Origin: Eremomyces bilateralis CBS 781.70
Taxonomy: Eukaryota
Assembly: GCA_010015585.1 (NCBI GenBank)
Contig: ML975150.1
DNA: 64,000 nucleotides
Reading direction: 5' to 3' (one strand)
The first letter of the stretch is position 1; every line of letters begins with the position of its first letter. This document shows, in pieces, positions 46,694-59,128 of the stretch. The position numbers and the translations under genes were made by a program. The notes under the pieces are model-generated. The model had not been told where the DNA came from. It made no database searches and was given only the letters and a program-made list of their open reading frames with translations.

Positions 46694-47648
46694 GGGTACT
46701 CAGATGTTGCTTGAGGTCCTTTTTGTAACAACTACATACTGCATAGCGACGGATTGGGGGAGGCGGTTCACTTGCTTCTTTGTATGATATTTCTTTCGAT
46801 TTGGATAGTTACAATGGTAGAATGTTAGGGATACCTTGGTATTGTGTTTGATCACGAGTAACTACGATGTTCCTCTAGGATTTTTCTAGTAATCTGGGTT
46901 TCTCATTAGTTCGTGATCGTCGACCGCTTCTCCGCTGTAGGCCTTTGGGTCGATGGGACTTGGTTTTCGATATGGTGCATATCATGGCTACTGTGGCATG
47001 GTTACTCGCAAGCTTGGGCAGTTGACGACCTAGACTCCAACCTCCAGCCAACCGCCGAGCTTGTTTATGTGAATATATAAACGTCAACACATATTTGAAC
47101 CATCATCTATCACTATGGATCTTTACGCTCGTATACTGTACCGTATAATTCACATCTACGATCTTCATGACTAAATAGCCCAACAACTCACAAAGTCACA
47201 ATAGTAGGGGATAGGGTTAATAATTCACTTCAATTGTCGATATATGAAGAGTGCTTGCGTGTGGTTGATCAATTTTACACCCAGAAGCAATAGAGATGAA
47301 TTGTTCCCATGCTCCAGTCGGTGATTTCGATCCATGTGGCTGCTGCCGCTATCATTCCTCGTACAATAGGACACCTATATTAGAGGTAATATGCGTCTTG
47401 AGATTCTCCATCCCGGGAATTTGAACCCGCAGATGAATGTTCACCGTCAAGGTACCGTATCCTGTGCGGGTGTTTCTAGGCACAGTTCAAGCTCACCGGC
47501 GTCCATAAGATTGTTTAACCCCGCAACACAAAGTTGGATTCGGGTTAGAAGGCATGCCGATGACATTGCTCGCTCTCCGCCTACGCACCTTGCCGTTGCT
47601 ATTATTATAAGTGTGCAGCATTCGGCGGGATAGGGCTAGACCAAAACC

Positions 47649-48030
47649 AAGACCCCAGAAATGCGGCAGTCGTGGCGTTCTTGGCCTCTGTGACCGCATA
47701 GCCGGATGACGAACTGGCGCTCCCATGCGGTTACTTGCGCGATGATGCACGATCGCCACCTGACCAGGGGCAATGCCACGCGGATGAGACGACGTGACCT
47801 TTCCTTTTGGCCATCCCCTGGGGGAATGACAACGCATTGCTTCTGCGATGAATATGTTGAGTTCCAGCGCCGGGGTCACTCATCCGTCGTTAAACCGGCT
47901 GGGTTCTTTCAGGGCGGTTTTCGGCTTCGAAGTCTGCGGTCGACGCCGAGTAGCGCCTAGTAACCTTAGTCGCTGATTGTTCCTCCGGACTCGATCGGCC
48001 CAGTCCCTTCGCAAAGTCAGCAACTAGTTA
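47649..48030 (+). ncRNA. Candidate structured non-coding RNA of unknown family
   Basis: Nested complementary segments across about 380 nt (see finding), a TATA-like TATTATAAG at about 47603-47611, and G:U pairs that favour the + strand. No diagnostic motif of a known family was recognised. Confidence 0.4.
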
Positions 48031-48050
48031 AAATTAGGAAAAAAGGGCGC

Positions 48051-49124
48051 TTACGGGTCGATCAGCCACTGCTTGACGCGCTCATCGAACTTGTGGCCCA
48101 TGAACATCTTCCAGATCAGGCTTAGCGGGCCGTACTCTTCCTGCAGCAGTTGGGAGTAGGCGAAGGGGATTTTGGCGGGTTCGCCTTCGAACTTGGAGTC
48201 GCGGAGGGGGAAGATGTCGTCGGCGAGATAGCGGTGCTTGTCTTTGCAATACATGATTTTTGGGTTCGAGATGTTAGTTCGGAGCGTCGTGATGTCGATG
48301 AATAGTCCGGTAGACATGTCTAAAGGTCTGGTTAGAGAAAGGGAAGACGTCAAGCGGGAAGTGGCATACCGATCCATCTGCCATCAATAACATTCCACTT
48401 ATCGGCAATTGAGTCGTTCTTGTAGAATGGATTGATCTCCAATAAATATCTCCGATGCTGGACTCTCTCCTCCTCCATCATTTCCGGCTTATAATCCGGT
48501 ACCTTCAACCCACCGCCCAGCCCGCTGGCCACCTCCACCGTCCCCCCCGAAACATGCGGCAACGTCGTACCATCCGGACTCGATCCCTCCTCTCCCCACG
48601 GCGCCCTCGGTATCTGGAACTGATGCACCGTCATATTATAGTACCCCGCCAGATGCTCGATGCCACTCTCCGAGACCTGCACATCGATATCGGTGTCCCA
48701 TGGCATGATATGCCCATTCCACCACCACCCGAGCAGCGTCCCGTGCATGATCCAGGTCTCGGCGCCGAGATCGTCCATGGCGCGGAGGTACGTCTTGACG
48801 AGGAGGCGGAGGGTGTAGTGGCGCTCGGCTTCGAGGAGCTCGCGCGCGGCGAAGCGGCCGTCGTAGTGGTGATGGAACTACGGCTCGTGTTAGTGGGTTG
48901 CGGCATTGGGGAGATGGTCGGGGGGTTGGGGTTACCTTTGCTTCGTGGAAGTACTTCTGGCCGCCATCCGGAGTTGGTCCCCGGTCGCTGTTGTCTTCGG
49001 TTAGATATGTCCGTACGTTCCAGAAGTCGGCATCGCGCTTCTGGAGTTGCGGAATTGCGTGGACAAGTCGTATGGAGATAAATAGTACGGCGAGGATCAG
49101 CGTAACTCCACTTAGAACCGACAT
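48051..49124 (-). CDS. LicD-family phosphotransferase (Mnn4-like mannosylphosphorylation protein); exons 49124-48936, 48877-48370, 48319-48051
   Basis: N-terminal hydrophobic segment; KYFHE, HYDGRF, TWIMHGTLLGWWWNGHIMPWDTDIDVQ, NVIDGRWIDMSTGLFIDIT and CKDKHRY. Introns 48935-48878 and 48369-48320. Confidence 0.92.
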
Positions 49125-49792
49125 GGTGAATGGCCGATCCCACTGTTGATCATCTAGAAGTTACAACACTCCATGGCAGGTCGCCCACAGAGCGTACTAG
49201 TAGCTTCAAAGAAAGATACCAGTCATCAAACATTGAATCACCAGGGGAGCATGGAGAGTGAGTTATCTATCCATCCAAACTAGAGGTCTTAAGGGCATGT
49301 TCCTTCAGGAAGCTCTTCCTCCCGCTCGTATTGATATCGCCATGGACTAGGAGTATCTAGCAGACCCTGGAACAACTCGATCATGATTGGTCAATCACAT
49401 ATCTTCAGTCCCCCCAGACGATAAGCCCCAGAGAATATCAACACCCGCAGATGTGGTCTGATATTGCATTCTCAGTCGGGATTCGAAGTAATAGTAGCTC
49501 CAAACGAAGAATCATACACCGAAACTCATCTCCGATGTTAGAAGTCACGTGCAAGAGGGGGAGTTGAGAGAATCAGGCAGAAATTTCTGGTCAGGCACCG
49601 AAAGACCCCTGCCAGGTTTGTCAGCCACATCGTCGACTTTAACGCCACATCCAGACTTCAGCGATGCTCGGAACTTTGCGTCGCATCGCATATCCTTCGA
49701 CCTCAAAGATCGACACCCTCAAGACACCGACGTCCAACTACCGCTTCCCACCTCTCCTTCATTCCAAAGCGCTTCCAGCACGTACCGCCATT

Positions 49793-50580
49793 ATGGCCAA
49801 CTATCTCGCCTCCATCTTCGGCACCGAACAAGACAAGGCACGTCCACCCTCATCCACTCCATCCACCCACCCACTTACTAACCCCATCGCAGGTCAACTG
49901 CAGCTTCTACTACAAGATCGGCGCCTGCCGCCATGGCGACCGCTGCTCGCGCAAGCACGTCAAGCCATCGTACTCGCAGACGATCCTGCTGCCGAACCTA
50001 TACCAGAACCCGGCGTACGACCCCAAAGGCACCAAGATGAACCCGCAGCAGCTACAGAACCACTTCGACGCGTTCTACGAGGATATCTGGTGCGAGATGT
50101 GCAAGTACGGGCTGATCGAGGAGCTGGTGGTGTGTGATAATAACAATGATCGTAAGTGGCGCCGCGCCCCTCGCATCTTCATTTCCTTGCTCCTTGCGGT
50201 TGGTTTTCGCGTTTGGAGATCGTCGCTGACACGTTGAATCTTCTCGAACAGACCTAATCGGCAACGTGTACGCCCGCTTCAAATATGAAGAAGACGCCCA
50301 AGCCGCCTGCGACACCCTCAACTCCCGCTGGTACGCCGGCCGCCCCATCTACTGTGAGCTGTCGCCCGTGACGGACTTCCGCGAGGCGTGCTGCCGGCTG
50401 AACTCCGCCGAGGGGTGCGTACGTGGGGGCTTCTGCAACTTCATCCATCGCAAGGAGCCGAGCGCCGAACTAGATCGGGAGCTGGAGCTGGCGACGAAGA
50501 AGTGGTTGCGGGAGCGGGGGCGGGATCAGCGGAGCGCGACGAGGAGTGCGAGTCCGGAGCCGACGAGGAAGAGGGGTTGA
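49793..50580 (+). CDS. U2AF1: Splicing factor U2AF small subunit (U2AF23/U2AF35); exons 49793-49837, 49893-50151, 50252-50580
   Basis: MANYLASIFGTEQDK|VNCSFYYKIGACRHGDRCSRKH, HLIGNVYARF and ELSPVTDFREACCR...CNFIH. Intron 1 has a GC donor. Confidence 0.96.
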
Positions 50581-50878
50581 TATGGTGGTGTTGGGGGGGT
50601 CCGCTTGTGCTATGAGGATAGTTGAACCAGGTCCACCTCGGATTAGCTGAGGTGGGACTACTGCATAGGGTTTGGAGTCTGGGAGTCACGGGTAATTTGT
50701 TCATCGTCTGTAGGAGGTAAAAAGGGATGATCTATTGCAATCGCTGCAGCGACCGATTCAATTGCGCTCCATTACTTAGTTAATACCAAACGTTTCGCAA
50801 GATCCAACGAGATTCAACGATGCGATGTGTATGAGGCCTTTGAAGTCAATTACAAATTATGGAATTTCAAGCCCATTA

Positions 50879-52024
50879 TCATAGCTTCTCTTCCACCGGT
50901 GCTTCCCGCTCACACCTCGCACAACAACACTCGAACCCCCACTCCACCTTCAACCTCCCCTGCCTCTCTTCCCTCGTCATCTCCCCCTCCTCGCCCCCGA
51001 GATAACTAATACACAACTCCTCCCCCTGGCGCACTTCCCTCGCCGCCCAAAACCGCCACTCCCTCCCTACCCGCTCCTTCGCGACGTTCGGCTCGCACGA
51101 GTGGTTGAAGAAGCTCGCTTCAGGCCACAGGCCCCAGCCGAAGTACTCGGACCGGTCGGGGTCCTGCGCGACGGGGGGTCGGAGCCCGAAGGCGTTGCAG
51201 GCGGCGACGGCGGTGAGGGTGTGGGAGAGCTGGGTGGAGTCGTTGCGCGTGGTGAGGGAGCTGAGGTTGAGGAGCATGGCGAGTTGGAGGTGGGCAATGG
51301 TGTGGAGGGCGAGATCATGGGCGGAGGGGTAGGCGGCCTGGGACTGAGCGAGGTGACGGAGGCTGGTCTCTAGGGGAGTGGGGGGGAATGAGGTGAGGCC
51401 GTTCCCTGAGAGGGCATGGTGTCCTGAGGCGAGGAATGACAGCGTGTCGGGGTGGACGGTCGTCTTTGAGATAGCATGTCTAGCCCCGCGGGCGTCTTTG
51501 CAAGGTGGAAATATTCCGGGGCGAACCAGTGCCAATTTGGTGGAACACTCTTCCCAGGCGTTTGATATTTCCAGTGGCGAAGGGCGTCGATCGTCCGCGT
51601 TCGGGAGCTCGTCCAGTTCGGCTGATTTCCCATGTCGTTTCTTGATGTATGTCTCCAGCGGCTCCCACACCACCGTCCTTGTGAGTCCGTTCTCTAGATT
51701 CCACGCGTTTTGACAGGTGAGGGAGCAGAAGGAGAAGCCGGCCAAGGAGTTCCGGATCCGCAGATTCTTCCCATCGTCGTAGAGGAAGCAGTATCCGCAG
51801 ACTTCTCGACGATATTCCCGGTTGATGGTATACATCGGAACAAATGAAGTCGAGAGAAGTGCCGTCGAATCCGGCAGGTGCTGTAAGGCGAAAACGCCAT
51901 TTCCTGCCCCTGAGACTGGTTTGATCACCCAGAGAGGAGAAGTAGGGGGTAGTTGAGGGGCGTCTTCGGCTACCGGTAAGGAGTGGTTGTTGATTGACTC
52001 CGTCATGGTGTCTGTTGTGGTCAT
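50879..52024 (-). CDS. SET6: SET-domain lysine methyltransferase (Set6/SMYD-like)
   Basis: GAGNGVFA, MYND-like CGYC...FCSLTCQ, NAFG, ASFFNHSCEPNV, ELCISY and post-SET FECCCARC. First ATG at 52024. Confidence 0.85.
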   Translation of the reverse strand: MTTTDTMTESINNHSLPVAEDAPQLPPTSPLWVIKPVSGAGNGVFALQHLPDSTALLSTSFVPMYTINREYRREVCGYCFLYDDGKNLRIRNSLAGFSFCSLTCQNAWNLENGLTRTVVWEPLETYIKKRHGKSAELDELPNADDRRPSPLEISNAWEECSTKLALVRPGIFPPCKDARGARHAISKTTVHPDTLSFLASGHHALSGNGLTSFPPTPLETSLRHLAQSQAAYPSAHDLALHTIAHLQLAMLLNLSSLTTRNDSTQLSHTLTAVAACNAFGLRPPVAQDPDRSEYFGWGLWPEASFFNHSCEPNVAKERVGREWRFWAAREVRQGEELCISYLGGEEGEMTREERQGRLKVEWGFECCCARCEREAPVEEKL

Positions 52025-52424
52025 ATTCTCGGCCACTGGATTGCTTGACTCCGACTGACGACTGATGATGAGTGCTGATGAACGCGAAACTCGATAGTCT
52101 AGTAGACAATAGAAGAGAAGAAGAACAAAGTCGAAATAGAAATAGTTGCCCTAGGTCAGGACCATCATTGTACCTTATTCATGGTCTGTAGAGAGTCTAT
52201 TGGGAGGATGGGATTCACAGTAGAGACAATAGGGACAATAAGGAACAATGACCGGATCCCGACAATTGACTCCAAACTCGCAAGAGATGGGAAAGAGATG
52301 ATAAAAATCTCTTGGCTCTTCAAAACTTCCGATTCGGTCTCCTCAAACCCAAATCTGATTTAGTCTCTTCGATTCGTTTGGTTCCGGTTAGCAAAAGCGA
52401 AAAGATTTTCTAACTCATTCCACG

Positions 52425-53087
52425 ATGGCAGGCCATCATACGCACGAGGAGATGGATTTCCTCCTGGACATCGCTCTAGGGAAAATCTCAGCCGATAAGG
52501 ACAAAGCTGAGAAAGTCATGAGGAATGTCACTAAGGACATTAGCGACGGGAGTTTGATTGGGCTGGTCCCCAATCAACCTACCGGCGCCCAAGCGACGTA
52601 TGGGGGTGATGCGAAAATCCTCAACGTCAGACAGTTCGCGCAGTTGCATCGAGGGCCTAGACCGCTGATACGTGATATGCTAAGGGCGTTCCGCCAGCAC
52701 GTGATAGGACGGAGAGCGGAGTGGGGTTTCTTGGCTGAGGACGAGCTCCGCTATGCCGAGGATCAGCCGACGGGGTGGAATCCAGGTCCGCCGCCAACCA
52801 GGAGAATCCTCCCGCGCAGCTGGTATCCCAACTCCCGACCTCCTCTACTACCACGTCCCAGGTACGACTTTCGCATAAGCACCATTGCCCGTCATTTGCA
52901 GCGATACAAAGACGAGGAAGAGAAAGAGCGAAAAGACGACAGACGCAAGGCCCAGCCTTCGCATGTCAGGAAGACATCATGGCCGAAGAAAAGCTCGAAC
53001 CCATCGACGAATTCAACGTCCGTGAGACGAAGCCGAAGAAGGTTGCGTACTTCTACGACAGTGATGTCGGGAACTACGCGTACGTAG
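52425..53087 (+). CDS. 220-aa ATG ORF of unknown function overlapping the RPD3 start out of frame
   Basis: ATG in good context (CACG ATG G), 220 open codons, globular-looking N-terminal half; no recognised domain. Confidence 0.35.
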   Translation: MAGHHTHEEMDFLLDIALGKISADKDKAEKVMRNVTKDISDGSLIGLVPNQPTGAQATYGGDAKILNVRQFAQLHRGPRPLIRDMLRAFRQHVIGRRAEWGFLAEDELRYAEDQPTGWNPGPPPTRRILPRSWYPNSRPPLLPRPRYDFRISTIARHLQRYKDEEEKERKDDRRKAQPSHVRKTSWPKKSSNPSTNSTSVRRSRRRLRTSTTVMSGTTRT

Positions 53088-55406
53088 CGGGACATCCTAT
53101 GAAGCCGCATCGCATTCGAGTTGCTCACTCGTTGGTCATGAACTATGGCTTGTACAAGAAGATGGAGATCTATGTGAGTTCATTCCCTCCCTCATGGCGG
53201 GCTGCGGTGGATGCGCCTTGAACTCGCTTTCAATTAGCCTTTTGGATGAGTATGAACTGATGGAATGTCTTTCTCAGAGAGCGAAGCCAGCCACCAAGTA
53301 CGAAATGACCCAATTCCACGCCGATGAATACATCAACTTCCTCTCGACCGTCACCCCCGATAATATGGATAATTACTCGAAGGAGCAATCCAAGTACAAT
53401 GTTGGAGACGACTGTCCCGTCTTCGATGGTCTGTTTGAGTTCTGTGGCATCTCAGCAGGTGGCTCAATGGAAGGCGCTGCGCGTCTGAACCGACAAAAAT
53501 GTGACATCGCCATCAACTGGGCTGGAGGGCTACATCACGCGAAGAAGTGCGAGGCGAGCGGGTTCTGCTACGTCAACGGTGCGCTACCCCGATTTTCCAC
53601 ATGAGAAACCCAGCTAACACTCATTTCTAGACATCGTCCTTGGTATCCTCGAGCTCCTACGATTCCACAAGCGCGTCCTCTACATCGACATCGACGTCCA
53701 CCATGGCGATGGTGTCGAAGAAGCTTTTTACACCACCAACCGTGTCATGACATGCTCCTTCCACAAATACGGCGAATATTTCCCTGGTACTGGCGAGCTC
53801 CGCGACATCGGAGTGGGCGATGGCAAGAATTACGCCGTGAATTTCCCGCTCCGTGACGGCATCACCGACAAGACCTACAAGAGCGTTTTCGAGCCCGTCA
53901 TCGAAGCGGTCATGAAGTGGTACCAACCGGAAGCGGTCGTCCTGCAGTGCGGTGGAGATAGTTTGTCGGGCGATCGTCTGGGCTGCTTCAATCTCACGAT
54001 GAAGGGCCATGCGAACTGCGTGAGATTTGTCAAGAGCTTCAATCTGCCCACTTTGGTGCTTGGTGGTGGTGGCTACACGATGCGGAACGTGGCACGGACA
54101 TGGGCGTTCGAGACCGGAGCCCTTGTCGGACAACCAATGCCTACCGTCTTGCCTTTCAACGAATACTACGACGTAAGTGTCTTCTTCCTCCTATCCAACA
54201 CTGGGTTCCTCTAAACATGATGCAAAGTATTTCGCCCCTGACTACGAACTGAACGTCCGTGCCTCCAACATGGAGAACAACAACTCCCCCGAATACCTCG
54301 ACAAGATAAAATACCAGGTCATCGAAAACATCAAGCGCACTGCCTTCAACAACTCCGTGCAAATGACCGAAATCCCCGGCGAGCTCCGCCCGGGTATCTC
54401 CTCCGAAGACGACGACATGCGCGACGACGAAGACGAGGACGCCTTCCCGGATGTCCGCGTGACCCAGCACCGCGAAGACCAACGCATCCACGACGACCGC
54501 GAGTTCTACGATAGCGACAACGAGGAGACAGAGCGGCCCCGGGCGCGACGGCGCCTCAGCCACCTGGGCGGGCGCATGGTCCTGCAAGATGAGCACGAGG
54601 ACACCGAGTCCCGCGACGCTGTGATGGCCGACGGCGAGGACATCCTCGCGGAGATCGCCAAGGCCTCCGACGACATGAACGGAGACCCCGACGCCCTGCC
54701 CACCAACCACCCCATCGACCCCACCAAACCTCCCGTCGCCCCCATTAACGGTACCACCGCCCTCCCCACCCACAACGAACCCCTCGCCGACCTCCCCCCC
54801 GCCACCACCACCACCACCGCCGCCCTTCCCTCTCCCCCCACCGCCGAGGGACAGGAACCCCCCATCCTCCCCGCCCCCACTGGTACCCGCGCCGAGAACA
54901 AAGCCATCGAAGATTCCAAAGTCGCCGAAGCCCTCGCCGCCTCCCTCCCCACCGACCCCTCCGCCTCCCCCTCCCGCTCTCCACCCCCCGTCGCCCCACC
55001 TACCGCCGCCGAACCCGCGCCCCAACCGACAACTATCGTTGCCGAGCCCGTGCCAGAGAAGCCGACCACGGACGAGGACGGCGACGTGGCGATGGGCGAG
55101 GAGGACGCGAAGGACGCGGTTCCGGACGTGGAGACGGTAGAGGAGAAGCCGAGCGTGGCGAATGCGGTGGTAGAACGTGCGGACGCGCCGACGAAGGTGG
55201 TAGAGACGGGTGCGGACGCGGGGAAAGATACGGAGATGGAGACGGCGGAGACGGAGACGGAGCCGGTGGCTGCGGTAGCGGTAGCGGTGGCGGAGGCAGA
55301 GGCGAAGGTGGAGCAAGGGAGTAAGGAGGTTGCGAAGGAGGAAGTCGGGGAAGGGAGGAGGTCGGCGGAAGCGGAGGGTGGGGAGAAGGAGAAGGCGAGC
55401 CAGTGA
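52979..55406 (+). CDS. RPD3: Class I histone deacetylase Rpd3/RpdA; exons 52979-53173, 53278-53578, 53631-54172, 54228-55406
   Basis: [78 protein letters not shown] and GGGGYT; long acidic C-terminal tail. Confidence 0.97.
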
Positions 55407-56930
55407 ATTCGAAGTCCGACAGGTCCGTTTTGGAATTTCTCCACCGTCATCTGAAGGAAGGGTCGATCGTTCTCGTTCCGGACCGCTTGGCAATGCGGGC
55501 GGTGCGGCGTCCCTACATCTATCCCTTCGGGGCTGACGGTCACGCATGTCCTTCGGTCGTCGTTGGTGAATTGATCGGCGGGATGGCAGGGCGTTTATAC
55601 TCGGGGCGTACAAAAGGGAGAGGAGTCATACCATCGTTTCGTGGCAGCGACAAGCATATAGGAATTATTAGGATGCATGCATGCGTGCATCAGCAAGGAG
55701 TTATGTTCTCGTCGGGTTCGTCCTCGCTGGCGGACTGACCGTTGGCTGGCTCGCTTACAATCGCCTCGTTTCAATTACATGCCGTTCGGATGCATTCTTT
55801 CGCGATATACGGACACGGTCTACAAGTTTAGATAGACGGAAATTCGAATGAACGAAGAATTCATCGGTATATTTGTGGCGTTGGGCTGCAACTCGCTTTG
55901 CTTTTTTCGGGGCGGCCTGATCGATTATTGTGTTCCCTCCCCACACACGGGACCGCACTGGCACTCTGCCGCTGCTGCTGCGTCCTTGTGCCGAACCGCG
56001 TCGACGACCTCTATCCCTTCGCTTCTCTATTTACATGTAATAATCCCACTTGGCCGCGCGATGCGTCACCCCGATCCGGACGAATTGTCTCGCTTTTGCC
56101 GCGATGGAGTTCCGTTGCCGCAGGCATGATCGCGCGCAAAAACTCCGCTCATTACCGTCCATCCACTCCTCCGCTCCGGCCTCTCTGTTCCAAATCCCAA
56201 AGTTTTGTTGCAAATTCACTAGACAAAGACGGCAGTGAGACACATCTCCTCTGCTCTGCTTCCCAGCGCCGAAAAATATGACCCGGACCCGGAGAAAACG
56301 TCCCTCAAAAGTCTGCTGAAAAGAAAAATCCGCGACAACCATCCCGTCCACGTCATGATGCGTGAAGGATATAATTGATTTTGCCTTCAATGACCACCAT
56401 GACCAACACAAAAGTACATTAGTCGGAGAGGAAAACAGAAGGGTTGACCAAACAAGTGTGCCTCGTGCTTTTGCTTCGAGGACGTGGAGAAGAGACAAGA
56501 AGTCGTCTCAGCTGGAGATGACGAAAGTCGGAGAAATTAAAAGAGTCTCCAGATCACCCCTCGCGTCCAACACATATATGTCCATGGAGTCGACAATCGC
56601 TTATGGTTGAACTCGGAGGGCTGACCTCAACATGAGAAGAATAAAAGAGCCAGAAAAGTGGCCGGATCTAATGGAGAAGACACGGGAAAGGAATTGCAGG
56701 AAACCCTGGGAGGAAATAACGCCGGACCCAATGACATGGTTTCGCAAAATCCGCGGAACCAAACAAGTAATGCAGTCTATTCTGGAAGGTGGGTCGACGG
56801 GTAGCCACACCGTGTATGGGGCGTCGCTACGTGATGGTGGCAACGTGGGAGTGTCTTGATCGAAATGTCCTCGGATCTGACGATGATTTCGACCGGAGAG
56901 GAAAGGAGATAGGATGGCGTTGCATGTCCC

Positions 56931-59128
56931 TCAGTCCGTCGGGCCTCTCTCGAATTTGATGGGATGGAAGAGTGTGCTTCGCAGGCACATGCGTCCGGAG
57001 CCGCTCACCTCGGCCATGCTGCCACCCTCGTTGTTCTCCTTGTACCCGAACCAACGCCGCCAGAGCTGACCACTAAAGCCACTATTGTAGTAGAAGGAGC
57101 TGCCGAGCTGGTTGTGCTCTCCCCATCCGAACACGCTGTCCTCGACCTTCTTTGGCCGGTTGAACACTTGGTCCATGTAGTCCAGGTCCCAGTTCCGGTC
57201 GAAGAAGACGGGGTGCGGGGCGTACACGCCTTTGAGACCGTGGTGCAGGGCGCATGAAGGTGGCCACATTTCCGGGAACATGGAGTGCCTCATCTGGTAG
57301 GTCTCGTTGTGCATGTAGTCAAGAAGGCGTTTGGAGAGTCGGCTGACAGTGATGATGGCGACTCGGCGAGGTGGGGCCGCGGCGTCAAGGGTGTAGCCGT
57401 TGATATCGTTGCGGAAGACCCAGTTGGTTTTGGTTGGGTCGAAGAGAGGGTTGAAGGTGATAAGGTCGGCCTCTTCGCCGACACCCCATTCGTACTTGTC
57501 ATCGGCGTAGCTACGCGGCGGGAAGTTTTCGGCAGGCGAGGTGAGCATGCCGTTATTCGGGAAGACTGTGGGACCCCAGATGGGGGATTCTTGAGACAAG
57601 TTGGTCTCCTCTTCCACCATGCGGGCGAAGTCCGCCCAGCTGCCGTGCTTCTCGGGGATGTAGTAGCGAGCGGACCGCTCCCACATACCTTTGCGAGGTT
57701 GCTTGCGAGCCCAGTTGGCAACCTTGTCATTGAACTCGTAATAGTGGCCGGTGTAACGCAAGTCCATCTCCCAGTTCCAGTAATAGTCGTACTCAGGATG
57801 CTCCTGAGAGAACCATTGGAGAGCGAAATGAGCGCTGCGATAGACACTGTGCACCGGATGTTGGGACGGATTGTCGAAATTGTCCGGGAACGGTTCAGGA
57901 TAGTACAGACGCATCAGTTGCTCGGACCAGAGGGTTGCAATCCCCCAGAATTCCTCAGGAACGTTCTCTTCCAAGGTCTGCTGGTAGATATCCGCATCGG
58001 TCCATATCGGAATGCTCGTATCCTTGACGTGGACGAGGAGATGCACATCGTATTCACCGCCTGACTTGATGTTGAGCTCGTTGATCATCGCTCGAATCGT
58101 GAGGAGTTGATGGTCATCGTAGCGATAACCGGTCCAAGTGCGGAGAATGTAGGCTTGACGAGATACCCGCTTCTTCTTGGGATCGGCCTGTGGCTCGAAT
58201 CGAGCCTTGTTCTTCTTGGTGCATGCCTCCTGGGCCCTTCCCCAATTGACCTTTCGCCAGTCGGTCCCTCCAGCCATCATCTGATAGACTCGCTCGCTTC
58301 CCGCTCGCTCCGACTTGTCAGAGAGGCCAACACCGCCATCTCGGTGATCGTAGCCGTATCCGTACGGAGCAAATCGACCGAAACGCTCCCAGCAGACGTC
58401 TTCCGCCAGACCCAGCTCCTTGTAGGAACCGAAGAATGGAGCGGTCATGTTTTGAGGAACGCCAGGATAGGCATAAATGTCTGGAGGTGACATGGTCTCC
58501 GCCTCATCAAGGAAGCATTTTTGCATGGGCGAGTGGGCTTCGAGGTAGTCGTATGAGTCGTATTCCGGATACGGGTTGAAAGCAACCGGATCAAAAGGAG
58601 GCGTAGCCCCTGATGTTGCATCGTGTTTCCGTTCGGGCTCGGGAGCGGTCGCGTTGGATTGCTGTTCGGGGACGTAGTCTTTGAACGGCACGAGATTACC
58701 AACGCCATTCCAGTAACCGTTGAGTCTGTCAACACCAGTCAGCACGCCCGTTCAAGCAGCCTATTATACTCCAACTAAGGCTTTGCCTACCGGATAAATT
58801 TCTCCCACGGATAGGCTTGCCGTGGAGATGACTGCTGTGCTTGCCTTTGATGTCTCCTGTAGCCACCTGTCCCAACCAATCCCAGGAAAAACAGAACAAC
58901 CGTGATCAGGATGAGGAGCCGTTGACGCGACATACGTCGGAAGTTGAAGCGGTCGGACCGCGGACTGGGGGAGCGCCATCGGAGCTTCTTGAGCGAGTGA
59001 GTGAAGGGAGGAGCGCCATTGGGGTTGTCGAAGCCCGGTAGCCGCTGATAGTCGAATGCGGAGAGGTTGGAAGGGAGTTTTTCAAGGAATCGCTGAGGGA
59101 CAAAGTCCCCGACGCGTGGTGTTCTCAT
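56931..59128 (-). CDS. DUF3405-like type II membrane protein; exons 59128-58791, 58725-56931
   Basis: Single TM (LLILITVVLFFLGLVG), CWERFGRFAPYGYG, RAMINELNIKSGGEYDVHLLV, YWNWEMDLRYTGHYY and LFHPIK. Intron 58790-58726. Confidence 0.85.

Noticed and set aside
47212..47220. TAGGGTTAA, a telomere-like or template-like word
   Set aside because: Single short occurrence with no flanking structure and too little room for a telomerase RNA.
47938..48021. Possible HDV-like ribozyme fold (GGTCGA/TCGATC P1, GCTGAT/GTCAGC P2, GCAAA junction)
   Set aside because: P3/L3 deviates from the consensus and no P4 stem forms; a simple hairpin explains the segment better.
37183..55406. 'Chromatin gene cluster' (PHD, SET, RPD3)
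   Set aside because: Interspersed with unrelated housekeeping genes; most simply ordinary synteny.
54156..55613. Long antisense ORFs over RPD3 (and similar ones over SCS3, the acyl-CoA synthetase and the DUF3405-like gene)
   Set aside because: Expected by-product of high GC3 and low-complexity coding on the opposite strand; no domain-like content.
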